A DNA stretch of 64,000 nt from an uncultured Acidobacteriota bacterium (GTDB lineage: Bacteria; Acidobacteriota; Thermoanaerobaculia; Multivoradales; SZUA-115). Of the stretch, positions 1 to 10,455 are shown one piece after another. The notes beneath the pieces were generated by a model. That model ran no database searches. It saw nothing but the letters and a program-made list of their open reading frames with translations, and was not told where the DNA came from. Numbering within the stretch: the first letter of the stretch is position 1; each line of letters starts with the position of its first letter. The translations under genes and the position numbers were made by a program. The stretch is taken from the NCBI GenBank assembly GCA_963805975.1, contig CAWDVR010000002.1, forward strand, positions 672,001-736,000, read 5' to 3'.

Positions 1-123
1 CCCGGCTCGCGCGCCCTCACCCGCCGGTCCCTGGGCTCCGCACCCGGCCAGCGCCAGGACGGCCAGCAGCCGGGCTGCGGCCGGCCGACCTCGCCATCGT
101 GCTCGCGCCGGCGCCGGCCTCAC
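1..123 (-). CDS. 5' part of a lipoprotein (runs off window start)
   Basis: Own translation from GTG at 123: MRPAPARARWRGRPAAARLLAVLALAGCGAQG. Lipobox LAGC; AGGAGG RBS upstream. Confidence 0.6.
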   Translation of the reverse strand, partial: MRPAPARARWRGRPAAARLLAVLALAGCGAQGPAGEGARAG

Positions 124-248
124 GGCAGCCACCTCCTCTTGGGGCGGTCTCCTACAACGGTGGTCTCGTACATGCGGGGGACGGGCCTGATTGTAAGTTG
201 GATTGCGAGGGAGCCCCAGCGGCCCGCGATAGACTGGCGCCCTTCTCC

Positions 249-1289
249 ATGCGCTACGGCACCATCCCGGAAAACCTCGCCGAGAGGATCGCTCTCCTGG
301 CGGGCAAGGTGCCGGTGCCGATCCTCGACTCGCTGTTCCCCCTGCTGACGGCGCGCTCGCTGATGGCGGGCGTCAAGCTCGGCGTCTTCGAGGCGCTGGC
401 GGGCGGGCCGCTGCCGGCCGCCGAGGTCGCCGCCCGCCGCGGGCTCGACCCGGAGGCGACCGAGCTGCTGCTGCGCACACTGTGCCTCGCCGGCTACATC
501 GAGATGGGACGGGGGGGTTACGGCCTGTCGCGGCTCGGGCGTCGCACCATGCTGCCGGGCGGCGAGATGGAGCTGCGGGGTTACGTGCTGTGGAACTTCA
601 CCCAGTGGGAGATGGTCGAGCACCTCGAGGAGCTGGTGGCGACCGGGCGCGGCCTCGACTTCCACCGCACCATGACCGACCCCGAGGCCTGGGCCCACTA
701 CCAGCGAGCCATGTTCGAACTCGCTCGGCTGGAGGCGCCGCTGCTGGTGGCCAAGGTGCCGGTGAAGCGGGGTGCGCGGCGCCTGCTCGACCTCGCCGGC
801 TCGCACGGCCTCCTGGGCGCGGCCCTCTGCCGCGCGCATCCGCCGATGCGCTCGCTGGTGATCGACCTGCCGGCGGCGATCGGGCATGCCCGTACCCTCG
901 CCCGCGAGGCGGGGATCGAAGACCTCGTGGAGCACCGCGAGGGGGACCTGCTGGCCGCGGAGCTGCCCCGCGAGCAGGACGTGGCGCTGCTCTCGAACAT
1001 CCTCCACCACTTCGACGGCAAGACCAACCTGGCGCTCCTCCGGCGGGTGGCCGCCGCTCTCACGCCGGCGGCCACGGTCGCGATCTGGGAGATGGAGACG
1101 CCGGACAAGAGCCGCCAGCCGAGCGCCGGCGACGGCGCGGCGCTCTACTTCCGGCTGACCTCGAACGCCCGCTGCTACAGCGCCGGCGATTACACCGGCT
1201 GGCTCGGCGAGGCGGGCTTCGAGAAGGTGCGGGTCCACCACTCGCTCCTCGCCCCGGGGCAGATCCTGGTGGTGGGGCGCAAGCCCTGA
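249..1289 (+). CDS. SAM-dependent O-methyltransferase (dimerization + Methyltransf_2 domains)
   Basis: LLDLAGSHG SAM motif, GD, SNILHHF, N-terminal wHTH dimerization region; ATG at 249. Confidence 0.85.
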   Translation: MRYGTIPENLAERIALLAGKVPVPILDSLFPLLTARSLMAGVKLGVFEALAGGPLPAAEVAARRGLDPEATELLLRTLCLAGYIEMGRGGYGLSRLGRRTMLPGGEMELRGYVLWNFTQWEMVEHLEELVATGRGLDFHRTMTDPEAWAHYQRAMFELARLEAPLLVAKVPVKRGARRLLDLAGSHGLLGAALCRAHPPMRSLVIDLPAAIGHARTLAREAGIEDLVEHREGDLLAAELPREQDVALLSNILHHFDGKTNLALLRRVAAALTPAATVAIWEMETPDKSRQPSAGDGAALYFRLTSNARCYSAGDYTGWLGEAGFEKVRVHHSLLAPGQILVVGRKP

Positions 1290-1334
1290 CCGGGCCCGAT
1301 CACCCCACCACCGTGTCGCGCTACGACGTGCGCG

Positions 1335-3277
1335 TTACGTCACCGTCACCTGCACCGCGGTGCCGAGGTCGCCGAAGAACTCCACGCACTCGTGGACCAT
1401 GCGGAGCCGGAAGGTGTAGGGCCCCGGCGTCGACGGGGCCGTGACGTTGAAGTTGAGCGTCGCCTGCCCCACGGCCGGGACCTGTGAGGAGAGGTCGGCC
1501 CGGATCGGCGTCCAGCCCGAGCTGCCCACCAGGGCCAGTCGATAGGCTTCGCACAGCGCGCCGACAGAGTCCCAGTCGACGTTTCCGCTGTTCTTCACCG
1601 TCACGCTGATCGCGTACTGTTGTCCCGCCACCATGGTCGAGGGCACGGTCTGGCTGATGAACTCCGCGTCCTTGACCGCCGGGGTTACGCTGACCACCAC
1701 GTTGGTGCTCTCGTCGCCGAAGAAGGCGGTGCACTCCTCGACCATCTGCACCTGGAAATCGTGCTCACCGCCCACCGCGGGCGCGGTGACCGTGTAGCTG
1801 AACGTAGCCTGCCGGCCGGGAAGGACGGGTGTGGACAGATCCGCGCGGATCGGCGACCAGGCGGTGCTCCCCACCTGCGCCAGGCGGAAGCCGTCGCACT
1901 GTGCGCCCACCGTGTCCCACGCCGTGACCCCCGTGTTCTCGACGGTGATCGACGCCGGGTACTGCTGCCCGCCGGTCATCAAGGTGGGCACGCTCTGGCT
2001 GACGATGCGCGCGTCCCGGCTGGGGATCAGGTCGAGGCAGATGCCGTCGACGAAGTCGCGTTGGGCCGGGATCGAGGTGAGTGTCGAGCCGCACCAGGCC
2101 GAGTTGCATTGCCCACCCGTGGGCGCCATGACCCCGCATGCCTCGATGGAGCCCCAGCTATGCCCTAGCTCGTGCATGACCAGCCCGGACGAGGAGCAGC
2201 TATTGCTGAGCACTTGGGCGAAGGAATACATGCCCGAGCCGCCGAACGTGCAGACCTTGCCGACGTGGCTCTGACCGGCGGGCACTGCGAAGGCGCCCCC
2301 TCCGTACAGCAGATGCACCAGGTCGACGTCCTTGCCGCTCGGGGCCACGGGCCATTGCTCGCCCACCGTCGCCAGCAGCTCGGATCCGGTATCGATCGCC
2401 GGGTCGGCATAGGGATCCTCGAGCGGGTCCGGACGGCGCTCGATATGCGAGATCTCGTGCCGGATGTGGAAGAACGCGTAGCGCTCGTTGACCTGGGCGA
2501 AGATGGCTTCGATCGTGCCATCGACTTCGTCGGGGTCGTTGTCGTGGGCGGCGTAGAAGGCGCTGTCGGTGTCGACCAGGACTCGCGCCAGGCAGCCCCC
2601 CAGCACGGCGCAGTCCTGGCCGGTGGACTTGTCCGGGCCGAGCAGCCCGATATCTGCTGCGAGCTCCTTCGCGCCCTCCTCCAAGCCACAGGTCCAGCCT
2701 GCTTCCTCCTCGCAGGCGCGGAGCGCGTAGAGATCGCCCGCCACGCCTTTGAGCCGGCGCGAGAGCGGTTCGACCTCGACGACTCTCCCACCGGGGAGAT
2801 GGAAAGCTCCAGGCCGGACGGCTTGACGACGCCCAGGACCACCGAGCCCTCGATGCCGGGGATCGAGCCGCGCAGAGTGCGGACCGGACCGGGTTCTTGC
2901 GTCTTGCAGGGCCCACCGCCCGAGCACTTTCCTACCGTGAAGCCCGGCGCCCGTACCGAGTTCGGGACGAGAACGAGCTGGACCTCCGCACCGTTGAGGA
3001 CGAGCGTGGCGCGGAGCGGTTTCCCCGGCTCGATCGCACCGGTGATCCGCGCCACGGCCGCGTCCTCGACGGCGAGCAACGCGGCCTCCGGGTCGAACCG
3101 GCGCTCGCCTGCCCGCGGCCCGCTCTCGAGCTCTTCGAGCGCCACCCGCAGGCGCTCGGCGCGCGCCTCCTCGTGAATGCCGTCCACCCCAGCCTGAGCG
3201 CTAAAGGCATTCGTCAGCAGCAGAGTCACAGCGAGAATCTGGCTACCGAACGACATGGATCTCCTGCCGGTTCTCAT
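1335..3277 (-). pseudogene. Secreted M12/reprolysin-like zinc metalloprotease with two C-terminal Ig-like (NBR1-like) repeats; frameshifted near 2790
   Basis: Signal peptide and prodomain in ORF 2165..3349; HELGHSWG, Met-turn and two 'SQSVP..M..GQQY..S.TV.N.G' repeats in ORF 1335..2927. Confidence 0.75.
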
Positions 3278-3370
3278 GGATGCCCCCTTTCCGTTGTATG
3301 ACTCGCCAGCACTCCCTCGACAGGAGATGCGAGGAACCGTCCCCCGCACCCGTCACCGAACGAGGGGAAA

Positions 3371-4249
3371 TCAGCGTGGAGCCGGAGAGACCGGCAGCGA
3401 GGCGGTGATCGCGCCCACGTAGAGCGTGCCGTCGTAGCCCAGGTCGCCCGTCTTGCCGAACGGCGTCTCGACCGCGGTGCCCAGCACCACGCGGCGCGGG
3501 CCGGGAGGATGGCTGCCCCGCTGGCGGGTCGGGCCGCACGGCCGGTCGGACTGGCAGACCCACGCCTCGCCGGCAGAGTAGGTGCCGAGCAGCGAGACCA
3601 GCTTCCACTCCGGCCGGACCTTCGCCACCAGGAAGGCCATGGGCTCGGTGAGGAAGGGCACCGTGTTCGCCTTCTTGCGGTTGTGGAGGTTGCCGGAGAG
3701 CACCACGGCGAGGTCCGAGGGGCTCGCCTCCAGGCTCCGGATCAGCGACTTCGCCATCAGCAGGTCACGCTCCGCCTTGCGCTCGGACGGCGGCAGCGCG
3801 GCCCAGGCATCGAAGGCGCGGATCTCCACCTTCCCGCCCCGGCGCCGCAGGGCATGAAGCCGGCGCAGCAGGTCGAGCATGGCCTCGCTGGTGCGGCCGT
3901 CCGGCGGGAAGCCTTCGGGGAAGCGCTCCCAGCCGGTCTCGGCGCGCAAAGCGGCGAGCGCCGGCTCCACCTCCCGCGCCGCGAGAAAACGATCGAACGC
4001 CGCATTCCAGCGCGAGTCGAGCTCGAGCCCCACCACCACCGAGCGCTGGAGCTCGACCGCCCGGCACACGATGTCGACCACCGCGGCCGGGTGCTCGCGG
4101 GTGCCGTGGAGCTCGCCCACGAAGAGGCGCGTGCCGGGCGCGAGCAGCGGGTCGAGACCTTCGATCGAAGCGCAGGCCGAGGGCGAGGTGGCGGCCACGG
4201 CGTGGCTGCCGAGAGCTGCCAGAAGAAACGCGGCCAGTAGGTGTCTCAT
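3371..4249 (-). CDS. Secreted EreA/ChaN/TIKI-fold protein
   Basis: Signal peptide; GELHGT, VGLE, RD..MA and GNLH motifs. Confidence 0.6.
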   Translation of the reverse strand: MRHLLAAFLLAALGSHAVAATSPSACASIEGLDPLLAPGTRLFVGELHGTREHPAAVVDIVCRAVELQRSVVVGLELDSRWNAAFDRFLAAREVEPALAALRAETGWERFPEGFPPDGRTSEAMLDLLRRLHALRRRGGKVEIRAFDAWAALPPSERKAERDLLMAKSLIRSLEASPSDLAVVLSGNLHNRKKANTVPFLTEPMAFLVAKVRPEWKLVSLLGTYSAGEAWVCQSDRPCGPTRQRGSHPPGPRRVVLGTAVETPFGKTGDLGYDGTLYVGAITASLPVSPAPR

Positions 4250-4261
4250 TGCAGGCCCCTC

Positions 4262-4339
4262 CTGTCGTTCTGAGCGTAGCGAAGAACCTGGGCGGTGGCA
4301 GCCCGCCCGCCAGATCCTTCGCTGCGCTCAGGATGACAG
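4262..4339. repeat. REP-like inverted repeat (CTGTCATCCTGAGCGCAGCGAAGGATCTGG type)
   Basis: ~30-bp intergenic arms differing only by transitions. Confidence 0.8.
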
Positions 4340-4348
4340 ATACGGAGG

Positions 4349-5476
4349 TCAGCGCTCGGCGAGATCCAAGTCCGCCGTGCCGACACGCCCCGCCTTGCGC
4401 CCGGCGCGCACCGAGCGCGGGGCCTGGGTGTCCACGGCCAGGAGCTGCCGGCTGGTGGCGACCGCCCGCTCCACCAGCTCGCGCGCCGCCTGGCGCAGCG
4501 GCTCGCTCTTCTTCACCTGCTCGACGTTTCTCTCCATGTCCTCGGAGGACCAGCCGCGGGAGTGGGCGATGAAGGGGAAGGGCGGGAAGCGGCAGCCGAT
4601 CTCGGAGAAGAACATCAGCATCTGGCCGGCCACGGACTGCACGTTGTCCTGCCCGCCGGTGATGATGAAGGCCGCCACCTTGTTCTCGATCAGCACCTTG
4701 TTCTTGATCGTGACCTGGTTCTGCACGCAGTTCAGGCGCTCGACCATCTTCTGATAGAGGGCCGAGGGCTGGCCCCAGCGGATGGGTGTCGAGACCAGGA
4801 TCACGTCCGCCCAGAAGACGAACGCCTCGTAGACCTGCTCCATCTCGTCCTTCTTGTCCATCTGGGTGATGGAGCACGGCCAGGTGCAGGCGTGGGCGCT
4901 CTTCGAGTAGTAGCCCTCGCAGGCGCGGAAACGGAGATCGTTGAGCTTCAGGAGCCGCGCCTCGGCACCCAGGCTCTCCCGGGCGTGCGCGAGCGCCGCC
5001 TCGAGAAGGGCGTCCGAGGTCGAGTAGCGCGGATAGGCGGCATCCATGGCGGTGGTCGAGATGCCGATCACGCGGAGCGGCCCGTCCTCGCGGCGCACCG
5101 GCCGCGAGAGCGGGTGCGGCGCATGGGGCTTCTTGGTTCGCAGGCTCGCGGCCTCGAGGTTCACCCACAACCGGCCGCCCTCCTGCTTCAGGTCGTGGCG
5201 CGGCACGGCGTCTTCCTCGTAGCCGGGCTCGCCCAGACCGGTGCCGCGATGGAACTTCCAGTGGTGCCAGGGGCAGACCAGGTAGTCGCCCTCGAGCCGG
5301 CCCTCGCCGAGCGGCCCGCCGGCATGGTTGCAGACGCCGGAGACCGCGCCGAACTCGCCCTGCGCGTACGAGAGCGCGATCCGCGTGCGGCCGGCCGCCA
5401 CCTGCCGGACGCCGCCCTCGCCGAGCTCGGCGCGAAGGACGTCGATCGATCCCAGGTCGTGCCAGCTTTCCGTCAC
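4349..5476 (-). CDS. Rieske [2Fe-2S] ferredoxin fused to NAD(P)H-dependent FMN reductase/flavodoxin-like domain
   Basis: CNH...CPWH Rieske motif; STPIRWG and ITGGQD flavodoxin-like motifs; GAGGAGG RBS before GTG 5476. Confidence 0.85.
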   Translation of the reverse strand: MTESWHDLGSIDVLRAELGEGGVRQVAAGRTRIALSYAQGEFGAVSGVCNHAGGPLGEGRLEGDYLVCPWHHWKFHRGTGLGEPGYEEDAVPRHDLKQEGGRLWVNLEAASLRTKKPHAPHPLSRPVRREDGPLRVIGISTTAMDAAYPRYSTSDALLEAALAHARESLGAEARLLKLNDLRFRACEGYYSKSAHACTWPCSITQMDKKDEMEQVYEAFVFWADVILVSTPIRWGQPSALYQKMVERLNCVQNQVTIKNKVLIENKVAAFIITGGQDNVQSVAGQMLMFFSEIGCRFPPFPFIAHSRGWSSEDMERNVEQVKKSEPLRQAARELVERAVATSRQLLAVDTQAPRSVRAGRKAGRVGTADLDLAER

Positions 5477-5592
5477 GCGAACCTCCTCTCGGTCCCGCCC
5501 CGCGGACGGCCGGTACAAGCCCGGCCGCTACGTCCTGCAGCGCGCCCTCCGGTCTCTGGCCGTAGCGGCCGGACCTGTGCCGGCCGTTCGGG

Positions 5593-5859
5593 CTAGGGTG
5601 AGGGGCTCTGTACCGCCACCGGGGCCGGCAGCACTTCCACCGCGTCTTCCCACCAAGCCTCGCGGGACGTGAAGGCCTCGCCCTGGTGCGGGCATGGCGA
5701 GGCCACGTGGTCCTTGCCGTGCAGCGGCTTGCCCTGGTGGAAGCCGGCGAAGAGCGAGTACACCTCGCCGCAGGCGAGGCAGAAGCGGCCCAGCACGCGT
5801 CCCCGGCGCTCGGCCGGGATGCGGCTCGCCGGGGCGGCCTCGGGTCCGCGATAGGCCAT
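5593..5859 (-). CDS. Small hypothetical protein with CxxC...H..CxH, possibly Zn-binding
   Basis: Starts 2 nt after ndk stop; FCLACG and DHVASPCPH. Confidence 0.6.
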   Translation of the reverse strand: MAYRGPEAAPASRIPAERRGRVLGRFCLACGEVYSLFAGFHQGKPLHGKDHVASPCPHQGEAFTSREAWWEDAVEVLPAPVAVQSPSP

Positions 5860-5861
5860 GG

Positions 5862-6284
5862 TCAGCGCCCTCCGAGCAGCTCGGCTCGCGAGAAGAAGAA
5901 GGCGAGCTCGAGGGCGGCGTTCTCTGCCGAGTCGCTGCCGTGGATGGCGTTCCGCTCGATCGAGGTGCCGAAGAGGTTGCGGATGGTGCCGGCCTCGGCC
6001 TTCGCCACGTCGGTGGCGCCCATCACCTGCCGCAGGTGGGCGACGGCGTTCTCGCGCTCCAGAGCCACGGGAATGACGGGTCCGCTGGTCATGAACTCCA
6101 CCAGGCTGCCGTAGAAAGGCCGCTCCTTGTGGACCTCGTAGAAGGCCTGCGCCTGCGCCGTCGAGAGGCGCAGCTTCTTGAGGCCGTGGATGACGAAACC
6201 TTCTTCCTCGAGCCGGGCCAGGATCCTACCGCCGCTGCCGGCGGCGACGCTGTCGGGTTTGAGGATCGCGAGGGTCTTCTCCAT
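5862..6284 (-). CDS. ndk: Nucleoside diphosphate kinase
   Basis: MEKTLAILKPD, NAIHGSDS. Confidence 0.97.
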   Translation of the reverse strand: MEKTLAILKPDSVAAGSGGRILARLEEEGFVIHGLKKLRLSTAQAQAFYEVHKERPFYGSLVEFMTSGPVIPVALERENAVAHLRQVMGATDVAKAEAGTIRNLFGTSIERNAIHGSDSAENAALELAFFFSRAELLGGR

Positions 6285-6350
6285 GATCGATGTCTCTCCA
6301 CGCCGGCGCTCCGCGAGAGGGCCCGGCTGAACGGGTTCTGTTTTTGCTGC

Positions 6351-7034
6351 CTACTCTTCGTCGCTGCCCAGCACTTCGAAATCGTCGTCGGCATCGCCCA
6401 GCCGGAAGGCGGTGCCCACGGTTTCTACCACGCCCTCGGGCCCTAGGAGGAGCGCCGAGCCCGCCGGCAGGCCCACGCCCCAGCGCACGCCCGGCGAGCC
6501 CAGGAGCTGGCGCAGCCGCCGGTCGTGGCCGGGGTCGAAGTTCGGTTCCAGGACGCCGTCCGGGAGCCAGCCGAGGCCGGGGATGGAGGAGCGGGTGAGG
6601 AGGCTCCGCGCCACCTTGCCCGCCGCCTGCGCCGCGGCGGCGATCGCCACCACGATGCCGTCTCCGGCGAGCCTGGCGGCGAGGACCTCGCCGGCCAGGG
6701 TGCCCGGCAGCGTCTCGAGCAGATGATCCGTGACGCCGCCGCCCAGGTATACGGCCGCCGCCGCCGCGATCCGCTCCGCGTTCTTGCCGCGTGCCGCGTC
6801 CCGGCCGCGGTAGACCGGGATCACTTCCACCTCGCGGCCGAAGACCTCGCCCATGTAGGTCGCGAAGTGGCGGCCGTAGTCCGCCGAGTCGCTCGCCGTG
6901 GGCAGGAAACCGATCGCGCCCGGCGGCGCCTTGGCCAGCCAGGCGCGGTCGGCCTCCTCGGTCTCGCCGAAGCTGAACTCGCCGCCACCCACCAGGCAGA
7001 GCCAGCCGGTGCCTGGGACGCGGTTGAACTTCAC
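6351..7034 (-). CDS. Peptidase S51 / cyanophycinase-like (class I GATase fold) protein lacking catalytic residues
   Basis: LVGGGE, FLPTAS, VYLGGG, GLGWL motifs. Confidence 0.75.
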   Translation of the reverse strand: MKFNRVPGTGWLCLVGGGEFSFGETEEADRAWLAKAPPGAIGFLPTASDSADYGRHFATYMGEVFGREVEVIPVYRGRDAARGKNAERIAAAAAVYLGGGVTDHLLETLPGTLAGEVLAARLAGDGIVVAIAAAAQAAGKVARSLLTRSSIPGLGWLPDGVLEPNFDPGHDRRLRQLLGSPGVRWGVGLPAGSALLLGPEGVVETVGTAFRLGDADDDFEVLGSDEE

Positions 7035-7037
7035 GGG

Positions 7038-7144
7038 CCCTCACCCCGTCCCTCTCCCGCGAGCGGGAGAAGGCGCCACCTCCCACCCCCGCGGGCTCCG
7101 GTCCCCTCGCCCCGCGCAAGCGGGGAGAGGGCTAGGGTGAGGGG
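7038..7144. repeat. Inverted pair of CCCTCACCC..CCCTCTCCC-N-GGGAGAGGG REP units (REPIN-like)
   Basis: Units at 7038-7073 and 7103-7144; same family at 47122-47242. Confidence 0.85.
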
Positions 7145-7152
7145 CTCCGGTC

Positions 7153-8025
7153 TCACCGCGCGAGCGCCCTCTGGACGGTCGTCCCCAGCTCGGCCGGCGA
7201 CTCGCAGACGTGGAGACCGGCCTCCTGCATCGCCGCCATCTTCTCCGCCGCCGTGCCCTTGCCGCCGGCGATGATCGCGCCCGCGTGGCCCATGCGGCGG
7301 CCCGGCGGTGCCGTGCGGCCGGCGATGAAGCCCACCACGGGCCGGTCGAAATGCTCCTTGATCCACGCCGCCGCCTCTTCCTCGGCGCTGCCGCCGATCT
7401 CGCCGATCAGGATCACCGCCTCGGTGTCGCCGTCGGTGCGGAAAGCGGTCAGCACGTCGATGAAGTTGGTGCCGTTGACCGGGTCGCCGCCGATCCCGAC
7501 GCAGGTCGACTGGCCGAACCCCAGGTTGGTGAGCTGCCAGACCGCCTCGTAGGTGAGCGTTCCCGAACGGCTGATGACGCCCACCCCGCCCCGGCGATGG
7601 ATGTGCCCCGGCATGATGCCGATCTTCGCCATTCCCGGCGAGATAACGCCCGGGCAGTTGGGGCCGATGAGTCGTGTGGGATGGTCCCGGAGGAAGGCCT
7701 TGACGCGCAGCATGTCCGCCACCGGCACGCCCTCGGTGATGCAGACCACGAGGTCGATCCCCGCCGCCGCGGCCTCCATGATGGCGTCGGCCGCGAACGG
7801 CGGCGGCACGAAGATCATAGTCGCGTTGGCGCCGGTCTCCGCCCGCGCCTCGGCCACCGAGTCGAAGACCGGGATGCCTTCGACCGTCTCGCCGCCCTTG
7901 CCGGGCGTCACCCCGCCCACCACCTGCGTGCCGTAATCGCGGCAGCCCAAAGCGTGGAAGGTGCCCTCTTTGCCGGTGATGCCCTGCACCAGAAGGCGCG
8001 TCTCGTTGTTCACCCAGATCGCCAT
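7153..8025 (-). CDS. sucD: Succinyl-CoA synthetase alpha subunit
   Basis: [20 protein letters not shown]. Confidence 0.97.
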   Translation of the reverse strand: MAIWVNNETRLLVQGITGKEGTFHALGCRDYGTQVVGGVTPGKGGETVEGIPVFDSVAEARAETGANATMIFVPPPFAADAIMEAAAAGIDLVVCITEGVPVADMLRVKAFLRDHPTRLIGPNCPGVISPGMAKIGIMPGHIHRRGGVGVISRSGTLTYEAVWQLTNLGFGQSTCVGIGGDPVNGTNFIDVLTAFRTDGDTEAVILIGEIGGSAEEEAAAWIKEHFDRPVVGFIAGRTAPPGRRMGHAGAIIAGGKGTAAEKMAAMQEAGLHVCESPAELGTTVQRALAR

Positions 8026-8027
8026 GG

Positions 8028-9197
<1,170 letters not shown>

Positions 9198-9431
9198 GCT
9201 CTCCTCCTAAGTTTCGCTGGATCGCTGCCAGAGCTGCCTCAAGAGCCAGGATATCCGTGCCTCGCGGGCTCGCTTGCGGAGCGCGGAGTGTAGCAAGGGT
9301 GCGGCGCCAGTGACACCTTGACCCGTTTCTTGCTTCGGGTATAAAAACCGCGATTTCGCGGGCCGGGCTCGGGCCGTCTTCTCGCCTGGTAAGCCTCGCT
9401 CCACCCGCCTTGAGCTTCGGGAGGCTGCTGA

Positions 9432-9456
9432 TCTAGAATCTATATTGAATTCTAGA
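9432..9456. promoter_or_regulatory. Putative vapBC operator TCTAGAAT-N9-ATTCTAGA
   Basis: Perfect 8-bp inverted repeat in an AT-rich stretch just upstream of vapB. Confidence 0.65.
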
Positions 9457-9468
9457 AGGGAGAAGCTA

Positions 9469-9723
9469 GTGGCCCTCAGCATCAAGCATCCTGAAGCCGA
9501 CACCCTGGCCCGAGAGGTCTCCAAGCTGACCGGTGAGAGCTTGACCGAGGCTGTGGTGAGCTCTCTCAGAGAGCGTCTGCGAGTGATCCGCGGGCGTGCA
9601 TCGGCACCCCGGCTCGAGGAGGAACTGGCGGCGATCCGGCAGCGGTGCTCCACTCTGCCCGTGCTCGACTCGCGTAGCGCCGAGGAGATCCTGGGATACG
9701 ACGACCGGGGCCTGCCGCGCTGA
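9469..9723 (+). CDS. vapB: VapB antitoxin (Rv0623-like)
   Basis: [32 protein letters not shown]; overlaps vapC. Confidence 0.9.
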   Translation: MALSIKHPEADTLAREVSKLTGESLTEAVVSSLRERLRVIRGRASAPRLEEELAAIRQRCSTLPVLDSRSAEEILGYDDRGLPR

Positions 9724-10121
9724 TGGTGATTGACTCCTCGGCGTTGCTGGCGATCCTTTGCGACGAGCCCGAGGCTCCGACGTTCGAGGCGGCAATCGCG
9801 GTCGATCCGGTGCGCCTGCTCTCGGCCTCTTCCTTCCTAGAGACAGCGATAGTCGTCGAGACGCGTTTCGGTGAAGCGGGCGGACGCGAGCTCGACCTCC
9901 TGATCCACAAGGCGCAAGTCGAAATCATCGCCGTCACCGCCGAGCAGGTCGAGCTGGCGCGGCAAGCATTCCGGGCCTTCGGCAAAGGCAGGCATCCCGC
10001 AGGCTTGAACTACGGCGACCTCTTCGCCTATGCACTCAGCCACGTCTCCGGCGAGCCGCTGCTCTACAAGGGCCAGGACTTCGCGAAGACCGATGTGGCT
10101 TCGGTTCACCTGCCGGCCTGA
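9723..10121 (+). CDS. vapC: VapC PIN toxin
   Basis: [28 protein letters not shown]. Confidence 0.93.
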   Translation: MVIDSSALLAILCDEPEAPTFEAAIAVDPVRLLSASSFLETAIVVETRFGEAGGRELDLLIHKAQVEIIAVTAEQVELARQAFRAFGKGRHPAGLNYGDLFAYALSHVSGEPLLYKGQDFAKTDVASVHLPA

Positions 10122-10233
10122 GCTCCGGCCGCGGGGCGGGAATCACACCCATCGCTTGGGCCACTCCCACTCCAAAACCGCCCGAACTACCGGAAGCTCG
10201 CCGTCAGCGCGTGGCCGCTATACTGCGAGTGCC

Positions 10234-10455
10234 ATGCGCTCAGTAGCTGACACGATGCGCGAGGAGCTCGAAGAGCGCGTTCGCGCTCTCAGTCCGAAGC
10301 GCCGCCTGGAGCTTGCGTTCGAGATGGGCCAGAACGACCTCGCGTTGCTCCAGGCTGCTCAGAATCTGGATCGCGAGGCAGCTCTGCGCCTCCTGCGCCG
10401 ACAACGACAGGCCGGGCGACGACCCTCCAGTTGCATGCAGGAACTCGAAGGGTGA
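10234..10455 (+). CDS. Small helical protein coupled to a nucleotidyltransferase
   Basis: TATACT box upstream; GTGA overlap with next gene. Confidence 0.6.
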   Translation: MRSVADTMREELEERVRALSPKRRLELAFEMGQNDLALLQAAQNLDREAALRLLRRQRQAGRRPSSCMQELEG

